Assembly: GCA_002633005.1 (NCBI GenBank) | Contig: NMRA01000136.1 | Location: forward strand, 130,859 to 194,858 | Source: Phoronis australis | Taxonomy: Eukaryota > Animalia > Phoronida | Reading direction: 5' to 3' | Length of the DNA stretch: 64,000 nucleotides | Shown here: positions 1 to 10,196 of the stretch, piece by piece | Numbering within the stretch: the stretch's first letter is position 1 | How the letters are laid out: every line of letters starts with the position of its first letter | Made by a program: the position numbers and the translations under genes | Notes under the pieces: model-generated | Databases searched by the model: none | What the model was told of the DNA's origin: nothing | Seen by the model: the letters and a program-made list of their open reading frames with translations, nothing else

Positions 1-458
1 ACATTATTCTGTAGTTGCTTGCTTTTCGAATACAACTACGTACTTACTTGCTTTCAAGTCAACAGCTGTGGTAACCATCACTTCTGGTGGCTTGTTATGC
101 TGAGAATTAGTTTCGCCTACTGAATACCATAGTGGTGTTTTGTGAGTGATTTCCGGGTTCTTTAAATCAGGAATCACCTACAGTTTCCAGGTCTGTCACA
201 GGCGGTTGGTTATTATTGCAAGTGTTGAAAACTTACTGCTTATTAACTGTGTAATCATTAGAAAGTGTACCAAATATTTTAATGCAATAGTCCCTTTGCC
301 AGTCCTTGATTATGGTAATGCTTTTTACTCAGTGGGTGAGACTGGCTTTCAAAACCAGAGACCCCCGAATGGAACTATTGCTAAAATGACAGCTACTGGC
401 TTCTTGTCTTCATGTAAAAGTTTGCCTTTGTACATTACAGGTCTTACAATAGGATAAA

Positions 459-504
459 ATGAAGACCATTTTGTCCAGTGAGAAAATCACAATCCCACCA
501 GAGG
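459..504 (+). CDS. RPL9: 60S ribosomal protein L9 (uL6), coding exon 1
   Basis: ATG at 459 gives MKTILSSEKITIPPE, a typical RPL9 N-terminus. Donor G|GTGAGT at 505, phase 1. Not in the ORF track. Confidence 0.95.
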
Positions 505-655
505 GTGAGTTTATAGATGATGTTGTTAATGTATGGCGGGCACTAATGTGACCATTGGGCAAAAAGTTGTTGATGAGACAACTGATTCTGTCATGTAGGA
601 ATTTCGAGTCCTTTCCAGTTATCAACTTTTGTCATAGCTGACGCTGGGTTTATGT

Positions 656-733
656 TGAGCAAGGTGATGAGTAAACAAGACCGCCCCAGTCTGATGTATA
701 CAGTGACTGATTGGTTTTGTATTCTGATGTTCA
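656..733 (+). ncRNA. SNORD31: Box C/D snoRNA, U31/SNORD31 family, copy 1 (RPL9 intron)
   Basis: Box C GTGATGA 664-670; guide ACCGCCCCAGT then D' CTGA 691-694; C'-like GTGACTGA 703-710; box D CTGA 724-727; terminal stem TGAGCA/TGTTCA. The guide is antisense to the LSU P-loop ACUGGGGCGGU. Confidence 0.92.
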
Positions 734-1261
734 TAGTATTTCTGCTATTAAGCTGGCTTTCCTTATTGGGGGTTTAGACAAATTTGTTAAAGTCCTATGC
801 AGCATCAGCTTTGGCAATAGTTTTAATTTATGTTTTGGCATGAAACCCTTTGTTTGTTGTTGTTTGTCACATGACTAGTTTGTGTTCCTAATTGCACAAC
901 ATGAAACCACGGACAGTGGGATTCATGGATTGCTTTAGCACGATAATTCACCTCGAACATTTACTGTCACTAACTTGGTGGATTCCAGAATTTTAATTGT
1001 GGCAAAATTTACTTAGCACTGCGTAGGTGTATTGTCTATGTGGCACCATTCAGTCGAGACCTTGGCGATGTGTTACTGATGAGGTTTCATGTCCCAGAAT
1101 GTCTCGTAAGGAGTGAAGTTACGTAATAAGAAGTGATGTTAGGAAGTATTTTGAAAGGTTTGAACTTAAAGTTATCCTCCTGTGGTTTTTACTTGGACTG
1201 AAAAAGGTTTTGTCAGAGGTGGAAGGTCTGTGCTGATAAGTTTTTTTCCTTGTTCCTACAG

Positions 1262-1464
1262 TGAAGGTGGTCATAAATGGCCGCAAGGTGACTGTGACCG
1301 GTCCCCGTGGCACCCTGAGGCGTAACTTCCACCACATGGGTATAGACATTATCCAGGAGGGTAAGGTGTTGAAGGTGGTCAAGTGGTTCGGCTTACGCAA
1401 GGAGCTGGCTGCCGTGCGAACAGTATGCTCACACATCGAGAACATGTTCAAAGGGGTCATCAAG
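1262..1464 (+). CDS. RPL9: 60S ribosomal protein L9, coding exon 2
   Basis: CAG acceptor ends at 1261. Translates VKVVINGRKVTVTGPRGTLRRNF...VRTVCSHIENMFKGVIK. Donor AAG|GTATGA. Confidence 0.97.
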
Positions 1465-2396
1465 GTATGACGCTAAATCCATCAATTTTGAATAATCAAA
1501 ACTGGCAAAATTAATCGAGCCTCTAAGGTATGCTACCTTATTCAACCTTGGCTAATATTATTCAAGGTTCCGTGCTAACATTGCATAACCATGCTAGTAA
1601 TGTGACACGTCTTTATTTCTGTGTGCTTGAGTATGCTGTGTGCGCTGCATTGTTGCCAAACAGGGTATGGGCCGAGTATTTTCGTTTTGATCACCGGAGT
1701 TTTGCTTGGTGACGTAATTTGATAAAGATGGTTAGCTTGAATTATATCACCGATCAGTCAGCACTCTTATTCATCTTGAGCAGCAATAATTATCAAGAAA
1801 TGCGGTCTTCCAAGCTTTGAATTTAATGCTGTTTCTTGAAGAGTCTTTTGGCTAAAAGTCAATCTACCCTTGACTCATCCTGTTTCACAAAATCGGGCTT
1901 AACCTAAATGTCAGAAAATCTGTCTGCAACTAGAAGACACAAGACAAATCCCCAGCCAGCTCGGGAGCAGACTAAAAAAGACCAAGTTAAAATACAAAAA
2001 ACGACTTTGGCTTTAAATTCTTCAAAAAACAGGCCTGTGTGTGGCAGATACTGGTGCCCTCTGATGAGGTAATTGGGGGAATCGGGTATGGTGAAGTACC
2101 ATTCCTGGACTGAGCTTGGTCAAATTTAACTAAGTAGGGTTCCAAATCTGCTAGCTGTTGTACCCTTTCAATTTTGATTCCCATTGAAGTGTTCCCTCCC
2201 TGAGAACTTAAGGATTCATAAGCCTGAGCGTGGTTGTTAGTGAGCTTGGTCATCCACTAAAACGAGATGAGTCACTGCCTACCTTCCTGAATGTGTCTTT
2301 GTGTGGGCAAGGGCGAAAAATTTCACATTGATTGAGGCAGGGTCAGAATTATGGAGATGAGCAGATCGGTGAAGTCAGTTGGCCAGTGTGCTGTTA

Positions 2397-2478
2397 GGTG
2401 AGCAGTAATGATGACAGAACAAGACCGCCCCAGTCTGATATTGATGTGACTGACTGGTTTTGTATTCTGAAGTTCACC
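2397..2478 (+). ncRNA. SNORD31: Box C/D snoRNA, U31/SNORD31 family, copy 2
   Basis: Box C ATGATGA 2408-2414; ACCGCCCCAGT then D' CTGA 2435-2438; box D CTGA 2467-2470; terminal stem GGTGAGC/GTTCACC. Confidence 0.92.
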
Positions 2479-2784
2479 ATACTTATACAAAACTGACCGA
2501 CTTACATCAGTTGCTACATTGTGTTATCAAAGACTGGTAACTACAATACAATGTGTTGTCGAGTCTTGTGAAGCTTTGCATTTCTCGCGCGCTTGCTGCA
2601 TTGCTACGGAAGTGCAAAATGTTACCATTTATATAGTTTGGGGACAGCGCTTTAGTGCAAGTTTTGTCAAGAAATGCAACTTGAAAAATGTCAACTATTT
2701 TTTATCATGTCTTACCATATTCCTTTGTCGGTATAGGATGTAATGCTTTGCACTGTCGTCTCAATGTTTATCTGGTCTATGCAG

Positions 2785-2859
2785 GGTTACAGATACAAGA
2801 TGAGGTCTGTCTATGCTCACTTTCCCATCAACGTTGTCGTGTCACAGAATGGAACAAAG
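2785..2859 (+). CDS. RPL9: 60S ribosomal protein L9, coding exon 3
   Basis: [25 protein letters not shown] between CAG and GTATGC; 75 nt, phase 0/0. Confidence 0.97.
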
Positions 2860-3150
2860 GTATGCTCTATGTTTTCCATATAGGGTCAGTATTCAGTCAA
2901 AGTGATCTGGAATTACCCGCTGTGACAAGTGGACTCGAGCCAAATTTGTTGACACTGCAGCCTTCCATTGTGATTGTGCATGAAAGGAGTCAACTCGGAA
3001 GTTAGTTAAATGGGAAATGTAATTATGTCTTGAAATCTGCTGCATGTATATTCCATTGTGGATTATGTTGGCTGTGAAGTTTTTCTCTATATGAAAATTA
3101 AGAGTGATCTTGACCAAATGTGGTATCTCATTTTTTTAGTTTAGTAACGT

Positions 3151-3229
3151 GGCCGAGTCAATGATGAAATATATTGCCGCCCCAGTCTGAATTGCTGTGA
3201 CTGATTGGTTATAATTTCTGAGCTTGGCC
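3151..3229 (+). ncRNA. SNORD31: Box C/D snoRNA, U31/SNORD31 family, copy 3 (more diverged)
   Basis: Box C ATGATGA 3161-3167; GCCGCCCCAGT then D' CTGA 3187-3190; box D CTGA 3218-3221; terminal stem GGCCGAG/CTTGGCC. Confidence 0.9.
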
Positions 3230-3721
3230 CACTAATAACAGGCTTATTGTTTACGATTGGTGCCTGCATTTGAAATTTCGACAGGGAATTTCGCTTTAAA
3301 ATCTGAGCTGTAGCCCATAATATTTTTGAGTTATTTTGGCTGTTAACGTTATACTTCTTCAAGCAGAATGTTTTCATTTTCTTGACGGAAATTGTCAAAT
3401 TTTGATAAAACGCTGTCTTTGTGGTCTCGTTTAGTTGTATGCCAGTTTTCAGTCATATGTTGGGGAAAAAAGAAAAAAATGGAATAATTTAATTAAACGG
3501 CCGTCCGTGTGAAGAATGTCAGATGTTTTAAGCATCTTTTTCAATTGCTTAGAAATTAGGAGCATCAAGTTGAAACTAACTTTTTTGAGTGGTTGATTTA
3601 CAGTAAGACTTCGTCGGATCTAGGCTGAAGGATTTCAGTTGACGATGGCGAAATGCCACTTGTCTGAAGTGGACTTAATGATAACAACCATACAATGTGC
3701 AAGTATACAAGGTTACTAGCT

Positions 3722-3926
3722 GACAGTGTGGCATATTGGGATAAGTGTCTGCTTCCTTTACTCAAGGTCATGGGTGTTTGTCCCTCTGGAGTACACTGTT
3801 AGACCCTTGAGTCAGGTTTTAAGCTCATCTGCTCAGTTTTAACTATGTATAAATAAAGGATAAAAATGGTTCCAGGTGATCAGTGCAATGGGCCCATCTG
3901 TGCACGTCTGGTACAACGTGTACCAG
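3722..3926 (+). mobile_element. tRNA-derived SINE
   Basis: A-box-like TGGCATATTGG at the head. Aligns over ~200 nt with the reverse complement of 7379-7631 and ends in a TGTACC-like tail. Confidence 0.7.
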
Positions 3927-3981
3927 TTGTTTTTTCTATACAAGACTATGAATATTGTTTGATCGGCTCGTCTTCATTCAG

Positions 3982-4120
3982 GTGGACATTCGCAACTTCC
4001 TGGGTGAAAAGTACACACGTGAAGTGAATATGTTGGAGGGCGTCACAGTCAGCAACTCTAAGGCTCAGAAGGATGAGGTGATCCTGGAGGGCAACGACAT
4101 TGAGAAAGTGTCCAACTCAG
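3982..4120 (+). CDS. RPL9: 60S ribosomal protein L9, coding exon 4
   Basis: [49 protein letters not shown] acceptor, CAG|GTGGGT donor, ends in phase 1. Confidence 0.97.
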
Positions 4121-4908
4121 GTGGGTGGAGGAGTGGAGAAGAGATGGACTGTTGACAAGTTTTAATAAGTTGGTTTATTGTGTGAAGGAAATTCGATCTT
4201 CATATTTAACTGACATGTCTGTTGAAATGAGTGCTGTTTGGATTAACTTTGTTTAAACCCCTGGTATCACTGGATTACTAAATGTGCAAGCACCTTCTTG
4301 GGCAGTGATAAGTAGAAATGGAATGAAAGTCTTAAGTTTATTTAGACAATAGGATTGCAGTGCAAAATGTCACTGGTGCCCATATACCACTGGATTGTGG
4401 TGCAACATGTCGCTGGTACCCATGTCACTGGTTTGTGTGCTGTAAATGGTTATAAATGTTGACACTGTGGCTGCGTGGTTCCTGTACCCTCTCACATTGT
4501 TGCTTCATATTTATCAAAATGCAGTTGTAGAACTGTGCTACCAGGGCCCAAGATCTAATTGTACTATAAAGTATTTTTGACGTTTTCCATTCTACTTTGT
4601 GTGAAGTCAAAGTAAGTGTTTGTTTTTCTCTGCTGCAGTATGCTATGGTTTATGCCATGAGTGCCTAGTCCAAGATCGTACTCGATAACCTGTAATTTCG
4701 AGCTAGACAGTTAATGTAAAACAGGATAAGACGGTCATTTACATAAACCAGTTCACTAAAGCTCTCAATAATAGACACTTACTTTGAGTTAGCACTTAAG
4801 TAGAGCAAAAAAAATGTCAAAAGTAATTTGGAGTTCAAATTTGAGTACAACGATTAGCTTAGGTTTGAGTTTTTTTAAAATCTTAAACCTTCTTGTTTCA
4901 CGTTGCAG

Positions 4909-5012
4909 CTGCTCTTATCCACCAGTCTTGCTTGGTGAAAAGAAAAGATATCCGAAAATTCTTGGACGGTATCTACGTCTCGGAAAAGGGAACAGTGGTC
5001 CAGGACGTTTAA
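4909..5012 (+). CDS. RPL9: 60S ribosomal protein L9, last coding exon
   Basis: [34 protein letters not shown], containing the uL6 signature [12 protein letters not shown]. The joined CDS is 567 nt = 188 aa plus stop. Confidence 0.97.
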
Positions 5013-5041
5013 AATGAAGTGTTACGTGTGCAAAGAATTAA

Positions 5042-5047
5042 AATAAA
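5042..5047 (+). terminator. Polyadenylation signal of RPL9
   Basis: AATAAA 30 nt after the stop, followed by a GT-rich downstream element (TTGTGTTGTTTTTGTGG). Confidence 0.75.
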
Positions 5048-7026
5048 TTAAAAATCCTTATTATTGTGTTGTTTTTGTGGATTTATGGTGTGGGTGGGAA
5101 ATTAATACTCTTTCACAGTGCTACAAAAGGTAGCACTGTCAAATGTTCAACGTGACTTCCCATTAGTAACTAATGAAATCGAGGTCACTCCCATTTGTTG
5201 AAATCTGGGAAACTCCTTTCAGTTTACTTTTATGTACTAAGGCGAGTACCTTTGACTTAAATACCCAGTAGTTGCAATTTATTAAAACTGCCATAGATTG
5301 AAGTAAACAAAATCGAAGGTAACCTGAACCTGAGACTTAAAGCCCATTTTCAACGGTAACGCATGTAAATTTGGTTCCTACAGTATGAGCCCACTGGTGC
5401 CATAAATTGCTTGCTTTTGTCTTGCTGTGAGAATCGTCTTTTTATTCAAATGGCTGCAAATAATACCCTCACACAATTGTGTTCTATTCAGACCCCCTGT
5501 TCAATGCAACCTTTTGTTGTTCGTGCTGGGATCTCGCGATGACGCAACATGGCACAAAAAGGCAGCTTCACTTATTTGATGGGCTCACACTCGTGTGACT
5601 GAACGCACGCTTTATTTTACTAAGTCTGCTAGGACTATCTGATTAGCCTAATACATCTAAGGTAACAAAATTCCGTTGAAGTTGGGCTTTAAGCCCAAAC
5701 AAGAACAGTGCATAAAGGCGTGTGCAAGCGGTAGTGTAATCGGTATACTTCTGACCAAGGCATGTGCATTGATGTGCACACACGGAATTCAGTGTGTTGT
5801 TTGTCGTGTTTCCACATGGCCACTTTTTAGTATAGGTGGCACTGTGTCAGATGGTAGGAAATTGACACACCACTATTTTATGGATTGGGCATAAATTACG
5901 CCAATCAATGAATGTTTTGAATACATTTGCATGAAAGCGATAATAAACCAATGTTCTGTCGACGAAATGACTTTTAAGTTTTTAGACTTGATGCAATGAA
6001 AGTAGTCTCGACTTCCTTTGTGCTGCCATTAGGAACAATTTTGATCTTGCGAAGAATTGCACTCATTGCTCAAAACCATGCTTGCTGACTAAAATGATTT
6101 TCAATATCTTGTATCTGGCAGTAAACTCATTTCTTTCTAAGTCCAGAAATGACCCCTATTGAAAATATCGAATGTCCAGCAATTAACTGGCCTGTGTGTA
6201 GTTTCTATTAACACCATTTTCATGTTAATTACACTTCATGACATGTTTGCTATAATGCACCTTATCTGTATTTACAAGTGGGATCATGTACAGGTCATGA
6301 GAATTCAAAAATGGTGCACTACCCGTTACTTGCATTGATATTTGGAAACGTAATCCTATGACGGTAGGAATAACAGGAAACCAATTTTATGAGAGTAAAG
6401 GGCGCCCATTTGATTTTTCTTTTCAAGCCATCTAAATAGGGCGATACATGGGGGTTATAAAAAAATAGTTGCAGGTGGTCTTCTTTACACAGTACCAGAC
6501 CATGTGACTTTAAAGCACTCCGTAATCCAAGTGTGTGCTCCAAATTTGAAAAGTTTGGAATTTGATGCAGCATTACACTAGCAAGAAAACGCGTGACGTA
6601 AATGTTATGGTTTTATTATGTACCCTTAGCATGATACCTGGTGACTGTTCTGTAAATCGTCAGGTGCCACGTGTACCAGAGGTTTTTGTACATAAGCCCG
6701 GGCCATATTTTTTGCGGAGGGCATTTTCAAACCCAAAAGGCAAATCCAAATTTATGTGCAGAAACTGAGAGAATCTAGAAGTTTTTGCTCAAAATATACA
6801 GACTGGTGGTGTTACCTGAAATTCATAATGCAACTAATAGGCAAATACTCCACTGCATGGCTCATCAGTGGAAATTTCGAGGGCCGAATGAATACATTCA
6901 ATACCAAATGCAAGACCTGTTTATTGCTAACATTGCTTGCAAGTCTATCATTGATAAAGATATGATTGAAAGTCTGATGCTTGTTGAAAGTCTTGTCAGT
7001 GACCTTGTCAGCTTGGCTTTTTCTTT

Positions 7027-7036
7027 TCATCTCTTT
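7027..7036 (-). CDS. MRPL28: Possible terminal coding exon of MRPL28 (G-K-R-stop)
   Basis: Minus-strand acceptor CTTTTGTCATAG|A AAG AGA TGA fits the phase-2 donor at 9305/9304. A minus-strand AATAAA lies ~100 nt downstream (6920-6925). No homology support. Confidence 0.35.
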
Positions 7037-7378
7037 CTATGACAAAAGGACTCCATTCCGATAACTTTTTCAACACCCCTCTGAAACAAATGAAAAATTA
7101 ACTTGGGTTATTTGTCTCGCACTTGGGTAGTCAAAAAACAGTAATTACTAGTTGACAATAATAATGAAACCTCAGCCATTGGCAACAGGTGCTGGAAATA
7201 TCTGATAAAAAGTCCAAGGGGTTCTAGGCAAATATTCGGAAACATCAAGGTTTTTCTCTGTGGTACCCTAATGAATAAACTTGGTAAGCTTTTGAAAATG
7301 GAGGTACATACGGAAAATGGAGATATATACAGAAAATGCATGATAAAATGGGCATTTACAAAATCAATTGCAAGCGGT

Positions 7379-7631
7379 CTGGTACTGGTACTGGTACAGG
7401 TACAGGTACAGGTACTGGTACAGGTGCTGGTACAGGTACCAGACGAATGCAGACTGTTCAGGTGGGCCCATTGCACTATCACCTGAAACCACTTTTTATA
7501 CTTTATTACTACACAACTAAAACTGAGCTGAGGAGCTAGAGACACGAGGGTCTAGCAGTGTACCCCAGAGGGAGTCCAACCCACGACCACCAGTAAAGGA
7601 AGCAACACTTATCCCACTACAGAACACTGCC
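7379..7631 (-). mobile_element. tRNA-derived SINE with (TGTACC/AGTACC)n tail
   Basis: B-box-like GGGTTGGACTCCC on the minus strand; same family as 3722-3926. The hexamer microsatellite at 7379-7440 forms its 3' tail. Confidence 0.72.
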
Positions 7632-9300
7632 TTCTCTGTAATGGGCATTAATCTAGTGGCACATATGTTCCGAAAAATGGTTAGAAGCCGAGATCTCAGT
7701 TAAACAATTGACTACTTAATGACCTACTCAACATGAATAAAGTCACTCTTGAGGAAAATTTTAGGAAACTATGAGAAATGATATGCAACAATGACTCAAA
7801 CAGTAGTTGGTAAATGTTCAGAATATAGGCCTATGGGCATACATTTGGAAGAAACTGTGAGCACAAATTTCTGATAATGCATTGATGCATACCATCTGAT
7901 AAGACTCTTTCTTCATAGACGTGTAATAGAAAGTGCAAGTCTTGTCACATTACAAGAATGGTACATACCAGTCTGTCTAAAGAACAATTGAATTTTATCA
8001 TGTTTTGGCTCTAAAGTAGTTGTGGGGCTACCTTTAAAACAAGCATCAATGTATTACATGCACTGGTAACAGAAGGAAATAGTCCCAATGAGATCTTGAC
8101 ATGGAAGCGAGTTACAAACCTCACAACATTGGTAAATTAACCCGTGATGACCAACAGATCAATTGTCACATGTACTTAATTTTAGTTGTGCAAAAAAGGA
8201 AATAAGGCCAATTGATAAGGGTTTGGTTAGCTTTTACTCCCTATTTCAGGGAGTTGAAACAATTCCGATGATGCCTCCAGATATGAATTTTTAAACCCCA
8301 GTCCTGTACCATTTAACGCGCACACAAGCTGAAAATGATCTGTAAGTAGTGATCTGGCTGATTCCAGCCCCCAGTGTCAAGTTCCATGGCTGTGCCTCTG
8401 TGGTCAATAGCAGGAATTCAAAGGTGCAGCTATGGAATCTGGACCCCGGGATTAAGTTTGGTCATTATGTAGGAAGCATTTTCAGAGTTTACAGGGAGTG
8501 AATCACAGGATTTGCACCACCGATTTGGTGTCTGGTGATCGGGGACAGGAGTTTAGAGCATTGTAGCTGAAATCACAGGCATGGAATTGTTTTCATTCAA
8601 CTAATTTATACGAAAGCTAATGCTCAATGCAGCAAATTTGTGGCCAGAAAGAGCCTGCCATATAAGCAAAGCTACCTTATACGGTACGCAGGTGTTTATT
8701 GCACAAGTGACAAGTGTTTCTGATGAACAACTCCTCTCCATTTTAGCATCTAACCAACAGGCTTAAAGTGGAACTTGCACACCAATTCTTTATCTCTCTG
8801 ACTGCTTGGTCAATTTAGAAATACAACATATAGCAATGATGTGAATATGAGGTACGTTGAAAATTGCAAAATGTTTTTAAGAACGAGTTTTGTGTCGAGA
8901 ATGATCCGCCGTAAATCAGTGATCTGTGTCCAGTAAGTATTGTGACGTGGTGTACCATGATGAGGCCTATGTGAGCCCCCAAGGTACATTATTAGTGTAA
9001 AGATCACCTATTTGCAGAATTTTTTGTTTTTACATTTACAAGTCATCAATGAATAAAACTGCACTTTGTTTAGTGTAAATGATGTTCAAGTTGCATTGTC
9101 GTTAAGTTCCTGCTATACATTAACCCAGCATGCAAATACATCTTTAAGGATATCTGCTGAATTGTAGGAAAACAAAAATTAAGTTTTGTAAGCTCACACA
9201 GGAAAATTCACATTTCATTTTGTTTTCAAATAAATTGCTAATTTGACAACACTTGTCAATCATAGACAATAACAGAAGCCTGCCAAAAACTCTTCAGTGC

Positions 9301-9338
9301 TTACCCTTGGTCTGCAACCAATCCAGTCTCTTTGGATG
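9301..9338 (-). CDS. MRPL28: MRPL28 coding exon 7 (ASKETGLVADQG*)
   Basis: TTTTTCAG acceptor in matching phase 1. It ends GGG TAA, which overlaps a GG|GTAAGC donor. Gives a 254-aa product. Confidence 0.6.
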
Positions 9339-9862
9339 CTGAAAAACATAATGAAACCTCATTCATTACAAATTCAACAGTTATTAGGATATGGTGCAAA
9401 CTGCATTGTTTGCTGGCAGAAAGTAGACGAAATCATCAATCCAAAAGCAAATAAAAGATTCTCAATTAATGATAGCAACTGTGATATTGCGTAACATTAC
9501 AATTGTTGAACGATGATAACATGGCAACAACGAACTTAACACCAGAAGATGATTAAGGCTAGAAGATGATTGTTAGGAGATCCATACTTTTACAAGCAAC
9601 ATATTCCATTTTTGGTAATTTCCTGTGTATTCTAATTTAGATGGCATGATAACTGTTTGATTAGATCACTCAAAAGACCGCCTGTCATTTAGGACCCCAA
9701 GTCAAGGTCTTTCTAGTGTTTCTTTGCCAAGAATGAAGGAGTAGCAAGTCTAAAATCTAAACTAAAACATGAGGACTAATACTTCGTCGAGGCATGTTTG
9801 AAACCAGCTGACCTTTTAATTATCAATACTGACTTCTTCCAAAAGGTGTTATCACAACTTAC

Positions 9863-9995
9863 CTGTCAAATTCTGCAGAAGTTCTTCCGCAAGCTTGTAT
9901 TTCATTGGCTGTGGTGCGTTTCTCTCTGCCTCGATTGCCTCCATTTTAGCAATGGCCTCCTGCTCTGTCAAGCCCAGCCACTCAATCTCTTCCTC
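9863..9995 (-). CDS. MRPL28: MRPL28 coding exon 6
   Basis: EEEIEWLGLTEQEAIAKMEAIEAERNAPQPMKYKLAEELLQNLT continues ...KYKEFLIP, as in recalled human KYKEFAIPEEEAEWVGLT. TAG acceptor, G|GTAAGT donor. Confidence 0.92.
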
Positions 9996-10051
9996 CTACA
10001 ATTGACAATGATGAACTATACAGTATACACACTTACATGCATACACATACA

Positions 10052-10196
10052 CATGGCCGGCGCAGCACTGAAAAAAGTGGGGGGCATTAGCCCCCTCAGC
10101 CCCCAGTGGTTCATCGCCTATAGACCACATGCGGCGTAGCACCGAAAAAAGTGGGGGGCTATAACCCTCCCAGCCCCCTATGGTGTGCCACCCATG
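10052..10196. mobile_element. Short GC-rich MITE-like repeat (internally duplicated)
   Basis: CATGG...CCATG ends enclosing two GCAGCACTGAAAAAAGTGGGGGGC-type units. A single-unit relative lies at ~20858-20927. Confidence 0.55.

Noticed and set aside
62-186. Hairpins ending in ACA in the upstream RPL9 intron (H/ACA snoRNA?)
   Set aside because: No clean ANANNA hinge or two-hairpin layout could be established by eye.
1076-1105. CTGATGA as a hammerhead ribozyme core (also at 2061 and minus strand ~6862)
   Set aside because: No GAAA core follows a stem II in any of these.
5381-5592. Possible MITE (CAGTATGAGCCCA / TGGGCTCACACTC)
   Set aside because: Only an 11/13 inverted match, and the TA target site is present on one side only.
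7108-7545. Overlapping ORFs with TCTS, VLVQ and GTGT repeats
   Set aside because: These are translations of the SINE hexamer tail.
7555-7631. tRNA gene
   Set aside because: The A and B boxes are degenerate, there is no cloverleaf, and it continues into a shared SINE body.
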